Positions 23,859 to 24,000 of a stretch of 24,000 nt of DNA are shown one piece after another. Origin of the DNA: Paralysiella testudinis (GTDB lineage: Bacteria; Pseudomonadota; Gammaproteobacteria; Burkholderiales; Neisseriaceae); assembly GCF_016894345.1 (NCBI RefSeq), contig NZ_CP069798.1:865385-889384 (forward strand), in the 5' to 3' direction. Below the pieces are notes generated by a model. It was not told where the DNA came from. It did no database searches and saw nothing but the letters and a program-made list of their open reading frames with translations. The translations under genes were made by a program, and so were the position numbers. How positions within the stretch are numbered: position 1 is the first letter of the stretch; every line of letters begins with the position of its first letter.

Positions 23859-23887
23859 TTGCCAAGGGCGTGCGATGTGCCTATAAT
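23859..23887 (+). promoter_or_regulatory. strong sigma70 promoter for tRNA-Pro (TTGCCA-N17-TATAAT)
   Basis: TTGCCA at 23859-23864, a 17-nt spacer, then TATAAT at 23882-23887, 10 nt before the tRNA 5' end. An AT-rich block lies upstream with two ATTTAAAT palindromes (23805-12 and 23824-31), resembling an UP or Fis region. Confidence 0.6.
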
Positions 23888-23897
23888 AGCCGTCTTT

Positions 23898-23974
23898 CGG
23901 AGTGTAGCGCAGCCCGGTAGCGCACCTCGTTCGGGACGAGGGGGTCGAAGGTTCGAATCCTTTCACTCCGACCA
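23898..23974 (+). tRNA. tRNA-Pro (anticodon CGG)
   Basis: 77 nt, folded by hand. Acceptor stem CGGAGTG/CACTCCG; D arm GCGC-AGCCCGGTA-GCGC; anticodon arm CCTCG-TTCGGGA-CGAGG; T arm GAAGG-TTCGAAT-CCTTT; discriminator A and encoded CCA. It is near-identical in layout to E. coli proK. Confidence 0.95.
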
Positions 23975-24000
23975 AACACCCAAAACCGCCTTGTGATTGC

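Noticed and set aside
23898-24000. tRNA-Pro at the window edge as an integration site for a genomic island.
   Set aside because: Only 26 nt follow the tRNA. No integrase, direct repeat of the tRNA 3' end or foreign-looking sequence is visible within the window, so this cannot be assessed.

Overview
This is a chromosomal segment that looks like a Neisseriaceae betaproteobacterium. I infer that from 22 exact copies (manual count) of the 12-mer AGGCTGCCTGAA, a DNA-uptake-sequence (DUS) dialect, often as inverted pairs between genes, and from three Correia-like miniature inverted-repeat elements (MITEs). All homology calls come from recognising motifs by eye; no database search was possible.

Gene order:
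- corC (5' partial), a DUF808 gene, lnt and rpoH on the + strand
- a DUF3579-GNAT fusion on the - strand
- a 737-bp AT-rich spacer
- glnK and amtB on the + strand
- a class-GN sortase and its VIT-vWA substrate on the - strand
- creD on the + strand
- creC, creB and a glycosyltransferase-like gene on the - strand
- a fragmented yceD-rpmF-[purine PRT]-plsX-fabH-fabD-[orphan 260 aa]-fabG cluster on the - strand
- yceF(maf), a TP-methylase-family gene and tRNA-Pro(CGG) on the + strand

The most interesting region is 8.2-15.8 kb. It is a DUS-bounded envelope module joining a Gram-negative sortase and single-substrate pair (atypical YPQTAT sorting signal) to creD/creBC, with a cre-tag-like repeat in the shared divergent promoter region. 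Second, a MITE has replaced the 3' end of the PRT gene and apparently broke an ancestral ATGA overlap with plsX. No CRISPR array, integrase, transposase, prophage or recognised defence genes were seen.
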